NCBI GenBank assembly: GCA_964414035.1
Contig: CAYPUK010000073.1
Location: 6,399-26,398, forward strand
Origin: an uncultured Thermoplasmatales archaeon
GTDB taxonomy: Archaea > Thermoplasmatota > E2 > DHVEG-1
DNA: 20,000 nucleotides
Direction of reading: 5' to 3'
Position 1 is the stretch's first letter; every line of letters starts with the position of its first letter. Shown piece after piece: positions 17,129-20,000 of this stretch. The position numbers and the translations under genes were made by a program. The notes under the pieces are model-generated. The model searched no databases and had not been told where the DNA came from. It was given only the letters and a program-made list of their open reading frames with translations.

Positions 17129-17893
17129 ATGCATAAAAATGAGATGTATGGATTTCCAATTTCAAGTGTTTTCTTTCAAATTTGCGGTTTTATCGTTCTT
17201 CTTCTCATTTTATTTTTAATGTTCATAACAGATTTTTCTATTGGGATTTTTATTGTTTTCATATCAATTCTCATTTTTTGGTATGCATTTGTGTTTCATT
17301 TTAAACTGCGATTTTCAAAAGTAAGACAAAAGATTTTACAATCGATGATATCCTTTGCTGATTTAGATGGATCAGAAAAGATTTTAGATTTAGGAACTGG
17401 TGCAGGATATGTTGCAATTGGTTTTTCTAAGGTATTACCTGCGGGGCTTGTGGTTGGTGTTGATAAATATGACCAAAACACATCAATTCTTGGAAGTAAT
17501 TTTTTTGAAGAATTAAAAATTAATTTTTTTGGTAATACTCTCAACCAAGCCAAAAAAAATGCTTCTCTTGAAAAACAAGCAGATAAACTCATGTTTGTAA
17601 AATCAAATTTGAAACACTATTTTCCATTCTCAGATAAATCATTTCATGTTGTTCTTTCAAGTCAATTTCTTTATTGTATCTCAAAGAAAAAAAGAGAACG
17701 GGTTCTCTCAGAGATCAATCGAGTTTTGAAACCAAATGGCAAACTCGTTTTTTTTGAATCTAACAAATTTGTTAACTGGAATATAGAAGATGTGGAATCA
17801 TTTTTTCAATCATTACATTATAAAACAGAGATCCATTCACTAAACTATATGAACAATAAATGCATTTTTTATGCTAAAAAACCAAAATCATAA
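17129..17893 (+). CDS. Membrane-anchored class I SAM-dependent methyltransferase
   Basis: Two N-terminal TM helices (FFQICGFIVLLLILFLMFI; IGIFIVFISILIFWYAFVF). Then SAM motif I ILDLGTGAGYVAIGF, VVGVDKYD, and post-II/III motifs FHVVLSSQFLYCI..RVLKPNGKLVFFE (Methyltransf_11-like). Confidence 0.85.
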   Translation: MHKNEMYGFPISSVFFQICGFIVLLLILFLMFITDFSIGIFIVFISILIFWYAFVFHFKLRFSKVRQKILQSMISFADLDGSEKILDLGTGAGYVAIGFSKVLPAGLVVGVDKYDQNTSILGSNFFEELKINFFGNTLNQAKKNASLEKQADKLMFVKSNLKHYFPFSDKSFHVVLSSQFLYCISKKKRERVLSEINRVLKPNGKLVFFESNKFVNWNIEDVESFFQSLHYKTEIHSLNYMNNKCIFYAKKPKS

Positions 17894-18049
17894 ACAAAAA
17901 AAAGATTATCTTCTTTTTTTAAATTACCACTAGACATTATAAAAAAAATCTCACAGACAGATAATAAGTAATAACTTTTTATATATTAAAGTTTATAATA
18001 TTATTTAAGCATTAAATATAAGACAACGTAACCGTGGACACTGAAACAC

Positions 18050-19237
18050 ATGATCGACTTGCAAAAAAACAACCTAGCAAAATACGGATTATTCACTAGT
18101 CTTTACTTTGCAGAAGGAATACAACTAGCAATCACCACCGTCCTTGTTCCACTATACCTTCTAAATGAAAGCATTAACCCAGCACTAACCACCATTGCAG
18201 CTAGTACTATTATGATCCCCTGGGCACTCAAATTCATCTTCGGATGGATCGTTGACTCATACCGGAAAATAAACAAAAAACAATACACCCTCTTCGGTGG
18301 GATAACCTCAGCATTAGCACTGTTCCTTATAGCACTCATCGATCCCTCATCTACAATCTACCTATTTATTCTCATTCTTTTTATCGCACAATGCGGCATC
18401 GGCATCCTTGACGTCTCCATGGATGCTTGGGCGATCACAGAATCAAAGAAAAAAGAAAGAGGAAAGATAAATGGATCAATGATGGCTGGATTCTTCACTG
18501 GTACGGCAATAGGATCCGCAGCATTAACAATAATTGCAGAACAAACCTCCTTCAAAATAGCATTCACTATTGCAGGAATATTAATCCTTACGTTAATGAC
18601 AATGCCGGCGATAACAAAAAAACCCGTACAAAAAGAAAAACTAAAACATCTTACAAATCTTGTTTTCAAAGAATTCAGAAAAAAAACCACTCTTTCATTA
18701 GCAATACTGCTTCCAATCATTTCAATAAACAGCGGCATCATCACCCTCTCAGCCCCCCTATTTATGAACTTAAACCTAAACTTAACCGTATCTCACATTG
18801 GTTTAATCACTACTGTTTTTACCATATCTCGAGTATTAGGATCATTAACCGGAGGATCACTATCAGATAAAACAAGCAGACAAAAAACTCTTTTTTTCAT
18901 AGTTACTACAACCATCATTTTTTCAGCAACACTCATCTTTGTAACCAATTGGATAACAATGATCTTAATCTATTCCATTCTAGGTTTTCTAAACGGTGGT
19001 TTATTCACCGTACTTCTGGCATCATCAATGGATATAACCAATGCAAAAATAAGTGCTTTTCAATTTTCAATTTTAATCAGTCTCATGAATTCCGGAGAAC
19101 TAATCGGAGAATTCATCAGTGGACCATTGATAACCACCCTTGGATTCAATGGCATGTTCCTCTTTTCAGCATGGATTCTCGGACCAAGCCTCCTCTTTTT
19201 ATATGCTATATTAAAACAAAAAAATTTAACATACTAA
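18050..19237 (+). CDS. MFS transporter, BT1 (folate-biopterin transporter)/AmpG-like
   Basis: 395 aa with ~11-12 hydrophobic helices. The N-terminal signature LYFAEGIQLAITTVLVPLYLLNESINPA...IPWALKFIFGWIVDSY....Y resembles the BT1/AmpG pattern (YF.qG...l....yl.d.l......lPW..K...G...D). Alternate-frame ORFs inside it are artefacts. Confidence 0.8.
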   Translation: MIDLQKNNLAKYGLFTSLYFAEGIQLAITTVLVPLYLLNESINPALTTIAASTIMIPWALKFIFGWIVDSYRKINKKQYTLFGGITSALALFLIALIDPSSTIYLFILILFIAQCGIGILDVSMDAWAITESKKKERGKINGSMMAGFFTGTAIGSAALTIIAEQTSFKIAFTIAGILILTLMTMPAITKKPVQKEKLKHLTNLVFKEFRKKTTLSLAILLPIISINSGIITLSAPLFMNLNLNLTVSHIGLITTVFTISRVLGSLTGGSLSDKTSRQKTLFFIVTTTIIFSATLIFVTNWITMILIYSILGFLNGGLFTVLLASSMDITNAKISAFQFSILISLMNSGELIGEFISGPLITTLGFNGMFLFSAWILGPSLLFLYAILKQKNLTY

Positions 19238-19332
19238 AAAAAGAAGTAAAACAATTTTTACAAAGATCTAACCAATGATAACATAACAAAAAAAATTGGA
19301 AAAAAAACTAAAAATAAACAGAAAAACCATCC

Positions 19333-19351
19333 AAAAAAAATCTTTAAAAAA
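19333..19351 (-). terminator. Oligo-U tracts just 3' of the 5S rRNA gene (end of rRNA operon)
   Basis: The minus-strand RNA after 5S reads CCUUAUCUUCACUUUUUUAAAGAUUUUUUUUGG, which contains two oligo-U runs within 40 nt of the 5S 3' end. Confidence 0.4.
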
Positions 19352-19362
19352 GTGAAGATAAG

Positions 19363-19598
19363 GATGGTTTGACAGCGTACCAAGAACGACTGAGTTTCAA
19401 ACAGTGAAGTTTACCTTAAAAAACTCCCGAAGGAGTAAATCAAGGCTCTCCACCTAGCTCAGAGGTTCCAGCCCTCTCAGGAGGGTAATCTTCCCATGGG
19501 CTCTCGCACCATAGTAACGAGGATTACGCAGGTAAGCTTAACTGCCGGGTTCGAAATGAGACCGGGTGTTTCCTTACCGCTTTGGCCGTCAAACCATC
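19363..19598 (-). rRNA. rrf: 5S rRNA gene, apparently expanded (~236 nt) by a ~108-nt insertion (19377-19484) between helix V and the 3' strand of helix I
   Basis: The minus-strand core is GAUGGUUUGACGGCCAAAGCGGUAAGGAAACACCCGGUCUCAUUUCGAACCCGGCAGUUAAGCUUACCUGCGUAAUCCUCGUUACUAUGGUGCGAGAGCCCAUGGGAAGAUUAC. It matches the archaeal 5S consensus helix by helix. Helix I closes only with GCUGUCAAACCAUC at 19376->19363. The 5S core identity (19485-19598) is high confidence; the extent including the insert is moderate. Confidence 0.75.
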
Positions 19599-19639
19599 AT
19601 TATGAAATTACATTACATACATAACCTGTCTAACGATTG

Positions 19640-20000
19640 AGCCAGTTAAATGAACGATTAGTAGTTACGGGCTGAACACATCGCCGAAGCTTTGTGCGTA
19701 CACCCTAACTCTATCAAACGAATCTTTTATTCGAGTTCTATGATGCCTCGTCTCGGGGCGGGTTTCATGCTTAGATGCTTTCAGCATTTATCCCTTACAG
19801 CGTGGCTGCCCAGCTCTGCCCTGTCGGACAACTGGTAAACTAGTGGCTGCAGACCCCTGTTCCTCTCGTACTAAGGGGTCTTTCCCGTCAAGCATCAAAC
19901 GCTTCTAGAAGTTAGCAACAAACCTGTCTCACGACGGTCTAAACCCATCTCACGATCCGCTTTAATAGGCGAACAACCTCACCCTTGGCAGCTGCTGCAC
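19640..20000 (-). rRNA. rrl: 23S rRNA, 3'-terminal ~360 nt (gene continues beyond the window); 3' end placed +/-15 nt
   Basis: The minus strand contains the sarcin-ricin loop AGUACGAGAGGAAC (19859-19872), GGAUAAAUGCUGAAAGCAUCUAAGCAUGAAACCCGCCCCGAGA, and the terminal ..GUAACUACUAAUCGUUCA motif. All are universally conserved domain VI sequences. G+C is far above the local background. Confidence 0.93.

Noticed and set aside
18103-19278. ORFs 18103..18339(-), 18358..18744(-), 18427..18870(+) and 18949..19278(+) within the MFS gene
   Set aside because: These are alternate-frame or antisense readings of a gene with a coherent 11-12-helix transporter profile. Their translations are low-complexity.
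19464-19595. Shorter (~132-nt) 5S model closing helix I on GGCUGGAACC (19473->19464)
   Set aside because: It gives only two 4-bp segments around an internal loop, against a continuous 14-bp helix for the distal partner. It also leaves the well-folded UUCG hairpin region unexplained. It is not excluded and is listed as the main refutation scenario for the insertion finding.
1-20000. Scan for CRISPR arrays, transposases/integrases, long direct or terminal inverted repeats, and toxin-antitoxin pairs
   Set aside because: No regularly spaced repeats, no recombinase-like ORFs and no long duplicated DNA segments were seen by eye. The only repeats noticed are protein-level degenerate repeats and the short motifs around the 5S gene.

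Overview
This is an AT-rich locus that looks archaeal. The tRNA has a UUCAAAU T-loop, the 5S and 23S sequences are archaeal-like, A/T-rich TATA-like boxes sit upstream of genes, and some starts have GGTGAT-type Shine-Dalgarno sites. It holds 12 supportable protein genes, one tRNA-Asp(GTC), and the 3' end of an rRNA operon on the minus strand (23S 3' part plus 5S). More than half of the coding capacity is surface or secreted proteins. These are a 5'-partial multidomain adhesin (choice-of-anchor-L-like, DUF11-like, cadherin-like and PKD domains) and a minus-strand operon. The operon encodes an orphan ~857-aa secreted protein, a ~1016-aa DUF2341 protein with seven propeller-like repeats and Ig-like domains, and a secreted PAF-acetylhydrolase-like alpha/beta hydrolase. 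A gingipain (C25)-like protein fused to a beta-helix also belongs to this set. The remaining genes are a cold-shock protein, a small unassigned protein, a tandem-duplicated Lrp/AsnC regulator, and a co-directional run of three genes: a FemAB/CelD-like GNAT, a membrane-anchored SAM methyltransferase and a BT1/AmpG-like MFS transporter. The most unusual signal is in the 5S rRNA gene. A canonical 5S core is interrupted, between helix V and the 3' strand of helix I, by about 108 nt of G+C-richer, hairpin-forming sequence that includes a UUCG tetraloop hairpin. Helix I closes perfectly (14 bp) only across this insert, which implies a 5S of about 236 nt. I saw no CRISPR arrays or mobile elements. 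All family assignments rest on motif recognition by eye; no searches or folding programs were run.
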